In this document: positions 26,761 through 39,200 of the stretch, piece by piece
Numbering within the stretch: the stretch's first letter is position 1
Layout of the letters: each line of letters begins with the position of its first letter
Source: Balanoglossus misakiensis
Lineage: Eukaryota > Animalia > Hemichordata
Direction of reading: 5' to 3'
DNA length: 64,000 nt
Assembly (NCBI GenBank): GCA_040954595.2
Contig: CM082598.2
Coordinates: 930,001-994,000, forward strand
Program-made: the position numbers and the translations under genes
The notes under the pieces: generated by a model
Seen by the model: the letters and a program-made list of their open reading frames with translations, nothing else
Told to the model about the DNA's origin: nothing
The model's database searches: none

Positions 26761-27109
26761 TCGTGCATCTGAAATAGAGTTTAATATATTTCCGCTGTAT
26801 TGGTGTCAATTCTATAATTTCTGTTCGTGTATAGTAGTCAAATGTCAATTAAAAAGATGAATATTAAAAAAAAAATTGAATGTTGACGAGATCTCTGTGA
26901 CCTCTGACCTCTTGTAGGTGTTATAGGTCACTACAGTGCCAGACAGGCTAATTGCATAACAATGCTATTTCGAAGGTGTGAACGACTTCAATCAGTGCAG
27001 CCGCAGGAGAGAGAGTGGGAATTTCACACTTTATATTATTAGTAAACCAGTCTGTAAGGCATTGGGACGACAAGGACGCTATTCTTCCGTTCGAAATTGG
27101 TGTATTTTT

Positions 27110-30100
27110 ATGACAAGGATTGACATCATGATGTGGGTATTTTTCATCAGCTGTATTATACCAATATCCCTGACTTTCTGGATAATAAGTTTGCGGATGA
27201 ACACGTTATACGGTAAGTACACTGTACAAACTCAAATAACTGTAATTTCCCCCCTTTACTACGGTCACTCCACAAAGTGAGCGTGCGGCCGGGGGGAGGG
27301 GCACTGTCCCAGTGCAGTGCTGGGAAATTTCTCCGGGTGACCCGGACAAGTGAGGGCAGTGTTTGAGGACATTTCGAATACCACGCCCCACAGTCTTTAG
27401 CTAATTAATTCAGGTCAGAAAGGCCTAATGATTAGTTTAGACCCTGACAATTCTGATTGGTCAATTACTATCCACACCCCTGAAACAGTCAGACCACGAC
27501 ACTTGTGATTGGTCAATTACTAAGACACTGAAACAGCTAGACAACGGCACTTGTGATTGGTCAAATTGACCTTATTTATAATTAATGTTTATTGTCCGCA
27601 TGTCTGACTTGTCTGTAGAGGGTTGTTATTATTTTTGGAGGGGGGAGGGGGGTTAGGCAGAATATTTTACTTAGTATATTAATAAATTATCAATATGGCA
27701 GTTTTCAAGCAATTTCAGACAGGAAAGACCACATTCACTGCAGTGTGTGTGTATACATGTGTGTGTGTTTGTGTATGTGCTTGCAAGTGCATGCATGTGT
27801 GTGAGACAGAGACAATGATAGCATTTTTCATCTCACCCACCACACTATCATTTTGATACATCACTCATGCTCATAAATCTATACCTGCCCAATCAGCTTG
27901 CAATGAGTCAGATTAAAGGGACAAAGTCTCTGTCTCGCCGCCCTTTTTCATTAACTATGTTTGATACAAGACACTGTTTATAGTAATGTACATGTATATG
28001 TGTACAGAATGAACGCTCAACCACACACAACTTCCATCCCGCTTGTATGATATGAGAGTATAAACTTGCCCCATATGAATAAATGGTAAAGACTGATTAT
28101 TCATTTTGGTGAGTTTTTTCACTCTAGTGTCTACAAGTGGGATGGAAGTTGTGCGTGGTCGAATGTTGATTCACTATATACCCACATGTAGAATAACATA
28201 AACGGTGTCTTGTATCAAAACGTAATTAATGGAAAAAGGGCAGCGAGAGAGCGACTTTGTCCCTTTAACTGCCTATGATCACTGTCAATTGTTGCCTGGC
28301 ATTTGGAAGATACAAGTGATGGCAATAAAATAATGAATGTCTTGTACTATGTCAATAGAACTTAGAATCCGTATTTCAGTTATGGTCAGATAGTTCAAAG
28401 CTCCCTTTCTGCTTGTGACACCAGCATTTACAAGTGAAACTCAAGTATTGATAGAGATGTGTCAATGACAGTAGTTCTTGACGCACATGAAATACTGTTT
28501 TCCAAGAACACTCGGATGCAGAGTGCATATTCAGATTTCAGTTTGCTTTCTTGTCTTCTTATGCCTGTCTTCCTCTCATCTGACATCATTTTCATACCAT
28601 CTTTCTTTTTTCTTACTTTATATTCATCCTCATATTCTTCCCACGTTTCTTTTCTTCATATAATCAATCCTGTATTGCTCGTTATTGAAGTCAGATCCAA
28701 CAATCTTTCAATCTTGTCCCATTGCAGCAAATGCTCATCCTATATCGCCATGGAGATATCTTGTTGCTCTTTTGCTTCCTCTGTATCTTGCCAAACATGG
28801 ATTGGAGAGAAAAAGTCTGGACAAAACAGGTGCTCTAGCAGGTAAGGTCATGTGTGAGGCTTGGGAACAATTTTGTTGTACAGTAAAACCTGTCTACACC
28901 GAACCCTGTCTAATCTGGAAACCTGTCTATACTGAACACGTTTTCCGGTCTCTTAGACATAGAACCACATGTTAAAAGAACCTCTATAAACTGGACACCT
29001 CTGCAAACCAAACAATTTCTTCCGCCTCTTTGGTGTTTGGTGTAGACAGGTTTTACTGTAGTTTTACTTTTTATTTTTGCCCAGACTCAAATATGCTTGA
29101 TTTGTTTCGTTTGATTCTGACACAGTAACATTTGACTGTTGGTTGGCCTGTTATGAGATTTTCATGGCAGGTTTTGTAACTGTTTCTCAGAATAACCTGT
29201 AAATGTGTAAAATGTTCAGACAATTGTCAATAATAACAGAACACAGATTAGTAGCTGTAATTATGTGGCATGTATCGATAAGCGACATGCTGGGCATTTC
29301 ATCATGATTTTGGGAGTGAAACAAGAAACAACAAAACAATAAACATTAGAGCTTTTGGAACTTCAGTTGAAGGGACAAAGTCTCTCTCTTGCTGCCCTTT
29401 TTTCCATTATTATGTTTGATACAAGACTCTGTTATTATGTTATTCTTCATGTGGATATATAGTGAATCAATGATCAACCTTACAAAACTTCCATTCCACT
29501 TGTATGATATGAGAGTAAAAACTCGCCCAAAATGAATAAATGGTAAAGAACGATGATTCATTTTGGCGAGTTTTTTCACTCTCCTGTCTATAAGAGGGAT
29601 GGAAGTTGTGTGTTGTTGAACATTCATTCGCTTTATATCAACATGTAGAATAACAAAAAGTGTCTTGTATCAAATATAATTAATGGAAAAAAGAGCAGCG
29701 AGAGAGAGACTTTGTCCCTTTAAGTATGAGAGCAAGAAATATGCTGTTAATAACAGTTAGTTACAGTGTTATGATGTCTCTGAATTTAACATTTTCTGTG
29801 GTGAATACATGTTTTTCTACTCATCACAACATTTTACAAGACTTGGTTAACTACCATAGCCATTGGCTGCTAGCTAAGTTTAAGTACTGTAAAACTCCAA
29901 TTATCCGAACTGACAGGGGGACATTGATTTTGTTCGGATATGCAGACGGTTCGGTTATTCGGATAACAATCCTATACAATAGAACTGTTTGGGGGACATG
30001 ACAGCAGTTCGGATAAGCAAACAATTCGGATAATTGGAGTTCGGATAATTGGAGTTTTACTGTAAATCAAGCTTTGTATGAAACTAGAATAGTTGACTTT

Positions 30101-33100
30101 GTGACACGTAATTGTCCTCCCATATCAACTGGCCAATCTGATTAAAATCAGATGTAGGGTACGACGACGTCTTTCACTTACACAGTGCAGCATTCTTATG
30201 CTGTTGCCTCACATTACAAGACATTGCTGTACCCTACATCTGATTGTAATCAGATTGATCAAGTGCCTAGCCAGGCAATATCTCGCAGGTTCTCATTTTC
30301 AAGTCTTCCAATTCTTTGCCTACAGCACTTGTGGTTGGCTTTGTGATGACTATGAGTAATTACTGCTTCTGTGTGGCCTTGCTGACTTTCTTCTTCGCCG
30401 GGTCAAAGATCACCAAATACAAGGCAGAGAAGAAGAAGTTCATAGATGCAGAATACAAAGAAGGTAAGATTTTTTACCACAGAAACGGACATTTTAACCC
30501 TTTCACCCCAGACCCCTCTACAAAGGTCCAACTTTGCCATAGTAAACAATGGATTCGGCCCAAACCACAGTGGTGAAAGGGTTAATTTCAGAGATAGAAA
30601 TCTACCCAGAATTTTCCTCACTGATATAATATTGCTTAATACATATTGCAGCATGCATAGTGAAACTTATAAACTTACCCATCATAATTGCTGGATTGGA
30701 TTTTTATTATAAAGTGGCCTGTGATGACAAAAGTGTAAAATTTTCATGGAAAGGTCATTATAAAAGAGTTTTGGCTCTGAAAGTCATAATTATCCATTAT
30801 CCTCTTTAACCCTTTCACAACCATGGTTCAGTCCAAATGTGTTGTTTTCTATGGTAAAGTTGGACCTCAATAGAGGGATATGGGAGTGAAAGGTTTTAAC
30901 CCTAACGCTGCCAAGTCAGTATGAACTGGTTTGATTTACATGGTGCCTAGAATCCTGGCTCCCAGGCCTGTTAGACTGCCAAGTGTGTGTTAATCAGTAG
31001 GGCCTATACAAGACCCTCAAACCAAACCAGTACAAACCAGTACATTATTCGGGGGGACTCAGACTGCCAAGTGCGTCTAAGTACGTATGAGAGCCATGTC
31101 AAGACAGTCAAAAGACGTTTCTGAAGAAAAAGTGGCAAATATGTATTTTGAGGGACTTGACACTCTAACCAGATATGACACCCAGTAGCATTAGGGTTTT
31201 AAATCCCCCAGTGTTCCATGCACCCTTTGCAATATTACTCCCTGGGGAACTCAGTTGTGATGTTAATCCAAAGTTTTCTTCTGTGTTTATATTTCTTGCT
31301 TGTTAGGAGGACAACGTGACTGGCGTCAAGTTGTTTGCAATGGTGGAATAGCGACAGAGTTGGCCATCATCTATATGCTTGAAAATGGCAGTCGCGAGCA
31401 GCTTCTTGACTTTGGAAACCACTACACTAGCACTTGGCTGTGTCTTGCTGTTCTGAGTACAATTGCCTGTAACTGTGGAGATACTTTTGCTTCAGAGGTG
31501 GGAAGTGTGTTTGGATCAGGTCAACCCAGACACATTCTTACCTTTGAGAAGGTTCCAGCGGGTAAGTTTTTGTGTTTAAAACTCTGAGAATAGTTTTTTT
31601 CTGTCGTATAGTTATTGAAACATTGAACCATCAATTGTCAGAACACGGTCAGGATTTAAGATAAGCTACTGAAAATCATATGATACATAGTCTGCCTTTA
31701 AAGTATGTGAGACATTTTTGTTTGTTTGTTTGTTTGTTTGTATTTATTTGTTTATTTATTTTTGTTGACAGGAACCAATGGTGGTATTTCCCTAGCTGGC
31801 ACTGTAGCAAGTTTCATTGGTGGATTGTGTGTAGGTTTTTCCTACTACATCACCCTAATGCTGACACACACGTACAGAGACTTGGAATATGCCAATCCAC
31901 AGTGGCCTGTTGTTATTGCAGGTGGCATGGCTGGGCTTATTGGTAGTCTTATTGATTCACTGCTTGGTGCTACTCTACAATATTCTGGTAAGTTCAGTCT
32001 GATATTCAATTAAACAGTATACATATATTGATTGGCAATGAGGGCAACAGCATACGTCTGTAACCCTAGAGTCACTCCCCAAAACAGACTCTTTCCCGAG
32101 GCCGAAGGCTGAGTGAAATAGTCTGTTTTGGGGGGTGAGTCACAGTCCCGAGGGGTGAAAGACATATGCTGTTGCCCGAAAGGCCTGTCAATATGTGCTT
32201 TGTAACACATCTCATCCGCAGCCATGCATAAGAACTCACCATACACAAAGTGATCGGGCGTCATTTTTCGGAACTGATGCCCGGCAGGCAACAGCACAAA
32301 AAGAATGCACACCACGTGGCTATCAATTGACGAATGAGAACACAATCTGCGGATGAAGTGTGTTACAATAAAACCTGTCTTTAAAGGGACAAAGTCTCTC
32401 TCTCGCTGCCCCTTTTCCATTAATTATGTTTGATACAAGACACTGTTTATTTTATTCTACATGTGGATACATAGTGAATCAATGTTCATCCACTCACAAC
32501 TTCCATCCCGTTTGTAGGATATGAGAGTAAAAATCTTGCCAAATTGAATAAATGGTAGAGAACGATTATTCATTTTGGCGAGTTTTTCACTCTCGTGTCT
32601 ACAAGTGGGGTGGAATTTGTGTGTGGTTGAACGTTGATTCACTGTATATCCACATGTACATTAACATAAACGGTGTCTTGTATCAAAAACATAATTAATG
32701 GAAAAGGGGCAGCGAGAGAGAGACTTTGTCCCTTTAACCGAACCCTGTGTAATCTGGAAACCTGTGTATACCAAACACTGTGGCAAGGGGAGGTCAATAT
32801 CATCAGTTTGCGAGCCACAAAGCCTGTCAAAACATGTCGATGAATCACCGCATCCCCATCTAGATAAAACACTGATGTACCTCTTAGCTCTCGGTCATTT
32901 ATAAAAAAACTTCTTTGTGAAGCAGTTTAGCTTACAGGACCACTAATCATGACTTGTCACACCATACTGCGTTTTTGTTTGTTTGTTAAATTTGTTTGTC
33001 AGTTGGCTAATATCTGCAGGACACTTCAAATGCTGGCACTAATTCTTGTGAAATTTTTCTTTGAAGGTTTTTGCAGTGAGAGAAATGCTGTTGTAGATGT

Positions 33101-33230
33101 GCCTTCAGCAACAACCAGGAAAATCAGTGGGATTCCTGTCCTGGATAATAATGGAGTCAATCTCTTCTCCGGACTGATTACAGCGCTGATTATGCCGGAC
33201 TTCTGCTTTTCCTATTGGCCACGTGGATAA
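27110..33230 (+). CDS. TMEM19: Transmembrane protein 19 (DUF92), ~329 aa
   Basis: Exons 27110-27212, 28728-28841, 30326-30463, 31307-31561, 31772-31987, 33067-33230. PISPWR...KSLDKTGA, EYKEGGQRDWRQVVCNG, GDTFASEVG, GTNGGIS, GSLIDSLLGATLQYSG, LDNNGVNL, WPRG*. Confidence 0.95.
27913..28268. mobile_element. ~350-bp palindromic TTAA-flanked MITE (family K1, Kolobok-like)
   Basis: TTAA|AGGGACAAAGTCTC...GACTTTGTCCCT|TTAA with long imperfect arms. The TTAA target and purine-purine ends fit Kolobok better than piggyBac. Confidence 0.85.
28879..29060. mobile_element. Tc1/pogo-type MITE
   Basis: TA|CAGTAAAACCTGTCTACAC...GTAGACAGGTTTTACTG|TA, i.e. TIRs with a TA target duplication. Confidence 0.8.
29367..29723. 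mobile_element. MITE family K1 copy
   Basis: TTGA|AGGGACAAAGTCTCTCTC...GAGACTTTGTCCCT|TTAA. Confidence 0.85.
29885..30064. mobile_element. Tc1/pogo-type MITE
   Basis: TA|CTGTAAAACTCCAATTATCCGAACT...AGTTCGGATAATTGGAGTTTTACTG|TA. Confidence 0.8.
30132..30258. mobile_element. Small TIR element (CAATCTGATT..ATCAGATGTAGGGTAC)
   Basis: Inverted ends. A related copy lies at 46837-46971. Confidence 0.6.
30494..30585. mobile_element. ~90-bp piggyBac-type MITE
   Basis: TTAA|CCCTTTCACC...GGTGAAAGGG|TTAA with perfect ends. Confidence 0.8.
30896..31202. mobile_element. piggyBac-type MITE (second family)
   Basis: TTAA|CCCTAACGCTGC...GTAGCATTAGGG|TTTTAA with internal AGACTGCCAAGTG repeats. Confidence 0.55.
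32042..32368. mobile_element. Double-hairpin non-autonomous element
   Basis: Hairpin 32042-32176 centred on GAGGCCGAAGGCTGAG, followed by the inverted repeat TTGTAACACA...TGTGTTACAA (32200-32368). Confidence 0.6.
32381..32737. mobile_element. MITE family K1 copy, nested in a pogo-type MITE
   Basis: TTAA-flanked. The joined flanks match the start of the 28879 element. Confidence 0.85.
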
Positions 33231-33364
33231 TTGCCTGAATGTGAGTGACTCCTATTGGACAATGCATTAATTGGTTATGATCAAGGAAATTGGTTTGTTC
33301 TCATCCCAGTCGAGACTGCCTATGATTGCCATGTTGTGATTTCATCAGATGCAGCGTGTCGTCT

Positions 33365-33520
33365 GTGATTGGATAGTGTCTTTATGAAGTTGATATTTGA
33401 TTGGACGGTTTCTTTATAAATTTGTTCTGTGATTGGACAGTGTCTTTATGAACTTGATCTGTGTTTGGACAGTTTCTTTATGAACTTGATCTCTAATTGG
33501 ACAGTGTCTATTAACTTGAG
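33365..33520. repeat. ~30-bp minisatellite in the TMEM19 3' region
   Basis: About 5 degenerate copies of TGATTGGACAGTGTCTTTATGAACTTGATC. Confidence 0.7.
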
Positions 33521-34632
33521 CATATCTGATTACAATGCAGGGCATAATGTCTGTCTGTATTCATAAAATTCGAAAATTTGAGGTTCTGTTTGGCACAAAT
33601 ATAGCTGCAGAAATCAATATGATATTGTGTCTTTTGATTACGATTTAAGAGAGGCTGTGGTTTTGGTTTTTAAGTCCAGATCAAAATCAACGGCTGTGAA
33701 TTCAAGATGGACTCACACATGACATGCAAGGCTGTACCTCTTGTGGTGCTTAGCATTTTTGTGTCAAGGACGGAATTAATTTGTCTTTTTTTTTGACCAT
33801 TTGGACATTGATGGTCATTTAGTCAAAATTTCATTTGTATGCTTTGTATTATTGGGCAAAGTTGCTCATTTTTTTTTACATCATTCTTGTTATTTTAATT
33901 TCTTTTGATTTTGTTGTTTTGCTCTCTGACTTGTCTTAAAAGAGGATTTTCCACTCATTGTGAGATATGACCAGATGACCATGTCACTGTGAACACTGTG
34001 TTAAAAGTTGTTATTTCAGTGAAATGAGTCCAATGATATTGCAAGAGACTTTGACTCACAATTAGATATAAAGACTTTACTCAGGAAAAAGAAAACATTT
34101 ATGATGGTGTTACATTCAGTTTTTTCTTCTTCAGAAATCCAGTAAAATGTAATTCATTGTTACATTACTTGTCATTGATATAAAAGCACTGAATTTGATC
34201 ATTAAAAGTGTCTCCAAAGTAAAGTATGTGTAGTGAATGTTGTTTGTCTTCTTGTCTGACAGAATTTGAGTCCTTCACAAGTTTTGGGATAGCCTCAGAT
34301 TGTTGAAAAACGCAAGAAACAGAATTTGAATTTTCTGTTTATTTCCCACAGATTGAAAACCCCCTTCCGAAGATGATAGGTCAAAACTTGATTCAAAGCC
34401 TGTAGAAGTTTCACAAAGTTGGCTCCAAGCTGCATATTTCTTTATAATTGTTGGTTTACCAATTTTTAATTCATACAATAGGTGAGTAAACTGCAAAAAG
34501 TTATTACCTTTCCACACTCAGACATTGATAAGATGTTCATGTATACCTGTCAGTAAGCTTATTTAGATGGACCAGTCTAAGTTGGAAAGTAAAATCATGA
34601 AAATAATGCAAAAATTGGCAGTGTTTGGGGCT

Positions 34633-34981
34633 TTAAAGGAACAAAGTCTCTCTCTCGCTGCCCTTTTTTCCATTAATTATGTTTGATACAAGACACTGTT
34701 TGTTATTCTACATGCGGATATATAGTGAATGAACATTCAACCACACACAACTTCCATCCCTCTTATAGACAGGAAAAAACTCGCCAAAATGAATAATCGT
34801 TGTTTACCATTTATTCATTTTGGGCGAGTTTTTACTCTCATATCATACAAGTGGGATGGAAGTTGTGTGTGGTTGATCATTGATTGACTATATATCCACA
34901 TGTAGAATAACATAAACAGTGTCTTGTATCAAACATAATTAATGGAAAAGGGGCAGCGAGAGAGAGACTTTGTCCCTTTAA
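34633..34981. mobile_element. MITE family K1 copy
   Basis: TTAA|AGGAACAAAGTCTC...GACTTTGTCCCT|TTAA. Confidence 0.85.
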
Positions 34982-35396
34982 TTATACAACTGAACAGGTG
35001 TTTCTACTCCATGTTAGGTCAAAGTAGAGAATAGTTAGAGTAATTGAATTACAACTTTAAAAAGTGCGCATCTCACTGCTGCCGGTTTTTGAAAGGGATG
35101 GTATTTCTTGATGTCCTTGTGTCTAAAAGCTTCACCTTGTCGAGTGTAGAGAACTCCTTCAAGAAAAATAGGACTGTAAGGAGATAGTGGTACTGAGTGC
35201 CCTCTACCGATTGTTCTTGAATTACTGCATCGACCAATATGTCCTGGAGATGAGTTGTTTATGTTTGTGCTGAAACAAGGAACATTTCATGATTTCAGAT
35301 AAGGACATGTCTGCAATCAAGATATGGCACAACACGATGAAGTCTTGAAGGGGAAGAAAATAGACTGAGAGAAACAAGTAAGTGAAACATTTCAAA

Positions 35397-35728
35397 TTAT
35401 AACACACCATGCAGCGAACCCTCGATCGTGATTCGTCAATACGCCATCACGTGACCTTAGTCATTTCGAACTGTTCCCTAGGGCATCAGTTCGATCGGTT
35501 TCTGCCCAGTACTGTTACCTGCATGTGGTGTGTGTCGTGTTTGGTGTGTTATAAAACACATGATGGCTGACATATTCGGGCAACAGTGTATTTTTAATGA
35601 CCTCGGGACTGCCAGTCACACAAAAACAGTCTGTTTTCCCTCGGGCTATGCCCTCAGGAAAACAAGACTGTTGTGACTAGCAGAGCCCTTGGCCATCAAA
35701 ATACACTGTCAGTCATCATGTGTATAAT
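35397..35728. mobile_element. Double-hairpin non-autonomous element
   Basis: TTATAACACACC...GGTGTGTTATAA, then a hairpin ACACATGATGGCTGACA...CCCTCGGGCTATGCCCTCAGG...TGTCAGTCATCATGTGT. Confidence 0.55.
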
Positions 35729-35845
35729 GTAAGCGCACCCTACCCCACACCATATGAAACTCTCTAAATATGCTGATCAAACCCAGAGGTGGCAGAGGAA
35801 ATGAATTATTTTGGTTCATTGCAACAATTTATCAGAGAGACTTCT

Positions 35846-36192
35846 CAAAGTCTTTCTCTCGCTGCCCTTTCTTCCATTAATTATATTTGATAAGAGACAA
35901 CGTTTATTATTCTACATGTGGATATATAGTGAATGAACATTCAACCACACACAACTTCCATACCTCTTATAGACAGGAGAGTGAAAAAACTTGCCAAAAT
36001 GAATAATCGTTCTTTACCATTTATTCATTTTGGGCGAGTTTTTACTCTCATATCATACAAGTGGGATGGAAGTTGTGTGTGGTCGAACGTTGATTCACTA
36101 TATATCCACATGTACATTAACATAAACAGTGTCTTGTATCAAACATATTTAATGGAAAAAAGGGCAGCAAGAGAGAGACTTTGTCCCTTTAA
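35846..36192. mobile_element. MITE family K1 copy (left end eroded)
   Basis: CAAAGTCTTTCTCTCGCTGCCC...GACTTTGTCCCT|TTAA. Confidence 0.8.
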
Positions 36193-36235
36193 CGTAGTGA
36201 GAATTAAGAAGGTGATTGGTGACAAAATCACTTAC

Positions 36236-39200
36236 GACATTGTGCTCCTGGAGGACCAGCATTGCAGTCTTCCCAGCGTTCACTGCCACTCATAGTGTAG
36301 CACCACAGAGTATCATAATCACCAATATTACGACAATAGTTATGATCGCCGATCCCTTTATGCCAAAACTTTTCTGGTGTGTACGTGTGGGTTCGGGGAC
36401 TCTGTTGAGACCATTTTTGACATACTTTGCCGGTCACAGTTGTAGAAAGCTCACCTCGATAATCGGTTCCATCACTGGCATGAAAACATGCTGTAGACAC
36501 TGATTGAAGAACAGTTGGAAATTATTATGTGTCATATACAAATAGACGGCCCAGGAAAGACGCTTAAAAAATATACAATTGTCAGTGTGATCAGAGCAAA
36601 GGAGTACCTTTGTAAAAGCTGTCACGATGATTGAAAATTGTAAACTACATTCATCCTCTCATAGAAATATATACCGGTACTATTACCTAAAAAATGATTG
36701 ACTAGACATGGTGTGTGACATGGTCAAGAAAAATAATTGACTTAACATACAAAATGCTGAAATGCTGAAGTTTGTAATGTTGCAAAACTCGCATCCAGTT
36801 TATCTCACCTTGGCAGGGCTCAGGGTCTGTTTCATTCCATGATCCATCCACACATAACAACATTTGCCCTTTTGATTCATAACCATGTTGACATTGAAAT
36901 GATACCGTTGACATATGAGTTGTAGAATTTCCAATGACCTCTCCGTGGCTGATGTTAAACCTTGAGCAAGCTGTAGTACAATTGGCAAATGGTAATATTT
37001 GGAATAGTGTGTATTTAAACCTGAAAAAGTAATTTGTAAACTTAAGAAGTGGTCCATATTGCAATCTACCAAAGCAAACTTCTCTGTCAGGCTTGGTGTT
37101 TTTTCATGCATCGATAGGCAAGTCAATTTTTTCATCTTTCTTTATAGCTGTCTTCTTGTAGTGAATAGTTTGGCTTGCTTGGGAGTCTGACCGATAGTAA
37201 AAGGCAGTAGAAATTATCACCTGGAAGAAAATTGTCCATCCTCGCCTCTGTAAGGATTGAAAAATAGGTTTCTTAGGTTTAACTTACGACATGTTGCTGC
37301 CCTCCTGCAATGCATGGTCTCACTACTGTTGCCATGGGAACAGTTTTGTCCACCATTGGCTGGTGTTGGGTTGTCACATTGTCTTGTCCTTACGCGTGAT
37401 CCCCAGTGACATGAAACTGAGCAGGCACTCCAACCACTCCATCTTCCCCAACTACCATCTATTAATGTACAAAGGAGACAAAACTGGCGAGTTTAGTCTT
37501 GATCCTGATAAGTGAGTCCAGTGACTCACGAAACAGCGTTGTTGAGATTTTAGGGCCTTTCGTTTCTCCAACTACCCTAACTTTACATACATACATACAT
37601 ATACATACATACATACATATACATACATACATACATACATACATACATACATACATACATACATACATACACACATACATACATACATACATACATACAC
37701 ACACATACGTACGTACTTATTTGTGTACACAAATACATTATATACACACATACATATATACGGTACATACGTACATAAATACACACACACACACACACAC
37801 ACACACTATGTACTAATACTTACCTACAACACAGGTAACACTTGCAATATCATCTGATTGAACCATTACAACCTTTCCCCATTCAAATTGTTGACACAGT
37901 AGTAATGACTTCTCATCTCCAGTGCATTTTACTCCACCAACATTTGATGTCAATGTGTCCCCAGTAGGCATGTACTCACCAGTTGCTTTAAAAAATTAAG
38001 TATTACCTAATAATATTAATATAAGTTAAAGGTATACAGTCACCTCCAATTTACATACGCCCATATATGGCTGAAATGGCGTATTTGAGTGTTCTAAAGA
38101 ACATATGGTGGCGCTCTTTTTTCGCGTGTGCCACCCACTAAAAATCTGTGATTGGTTAGATCTCAATTTGTCATAGTAACTATAGCTAATTTCAAATCTA
38201 AGAATCATATGGTAACTGTAGCTAGTCAAATCTAAGAATCATGTTATAATTATAGTTTCTTCTCGTATGTAAACTTTAAACTATTTCACATGACACTACT
38301 CTCAGTAAAGGGCTTACCTGAAAAGGCTCCAGAAAAACCGACCTGATGACAGGTGACATTTGCAGCCTCAATATCCCATTCCTCATTTCTAATTGCACCC
38401 CATCCTCCTGCGATGAAAACTTCAACAAATCCTTGGCCTCTCTGCACTGATCCTGATAATCTGATCGGCACTTTTGGAAAAGAATGTTTGAAAGATTTCA
38501 GAGAAAATATTTATCTTTTTAGTATTAATTGTCACATCAGTTGATATTTTAAAACAAAATCTTCTGCTAAAGTGTTTATTTACAAACTATAAACTGGCAC
38601 AAAATATTTAAATCATATGAACATGCAGATAAATAGTAAAATACCTATTTTGTTCCGGAACTTAATATGTTGCTCACTGTCACCCTGACAACCGGCATCA
38701 ACATTTGATATCCCGTCATATTGGCAATGTCGCTCACGTGACATCAACATATTCGGTGATGGTGGAGAGGAAAATTCACTCCACATTGACCAACCTTAGA
38801 TGTAATGGCAGTAAGAATGATGATTTAAAAAAAAAAAAAACTGGAAAATGATGATTTTCACGGAATATTCCATTGGCAACTTTATTTCTTTCTCTGGCAA
38901 CTGTATTTCTTGATTGATATGGACATCCATGCCCCCCCCCCCCTCCTAAAGTGATATGAACCATATTCAGTTCTTGTTCACAGACAGACACTTGTATATC
39001 TTTAAACAATTGTGCTCAAATGAGATAATAAGCTTTAAGTTTGAACTCAAATAATTATTTTTATATTTCCCAAGGTGGTTGGAGAATATTAAATGTTATC
39101 CTTATTAAAAATTGCAGTCGACCATGCAATCATTGTTATCTGTCTTACTGTTTAAATTAAATAGCTATATAAAATTAATAATGGATGAAATTAATGTTGG

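Noticed and set aside
35933-36295. Recurring ORF MNIQPHTTSIPLIDRRVKKLAK (also at 29346, 32457, 42846)
   Set aside because: Chance translation of the K1 MITE core, not a transposase.
37462-37816. MCVCMYV / HTYI ORFs
   Set aside because: Microsatellite translations.
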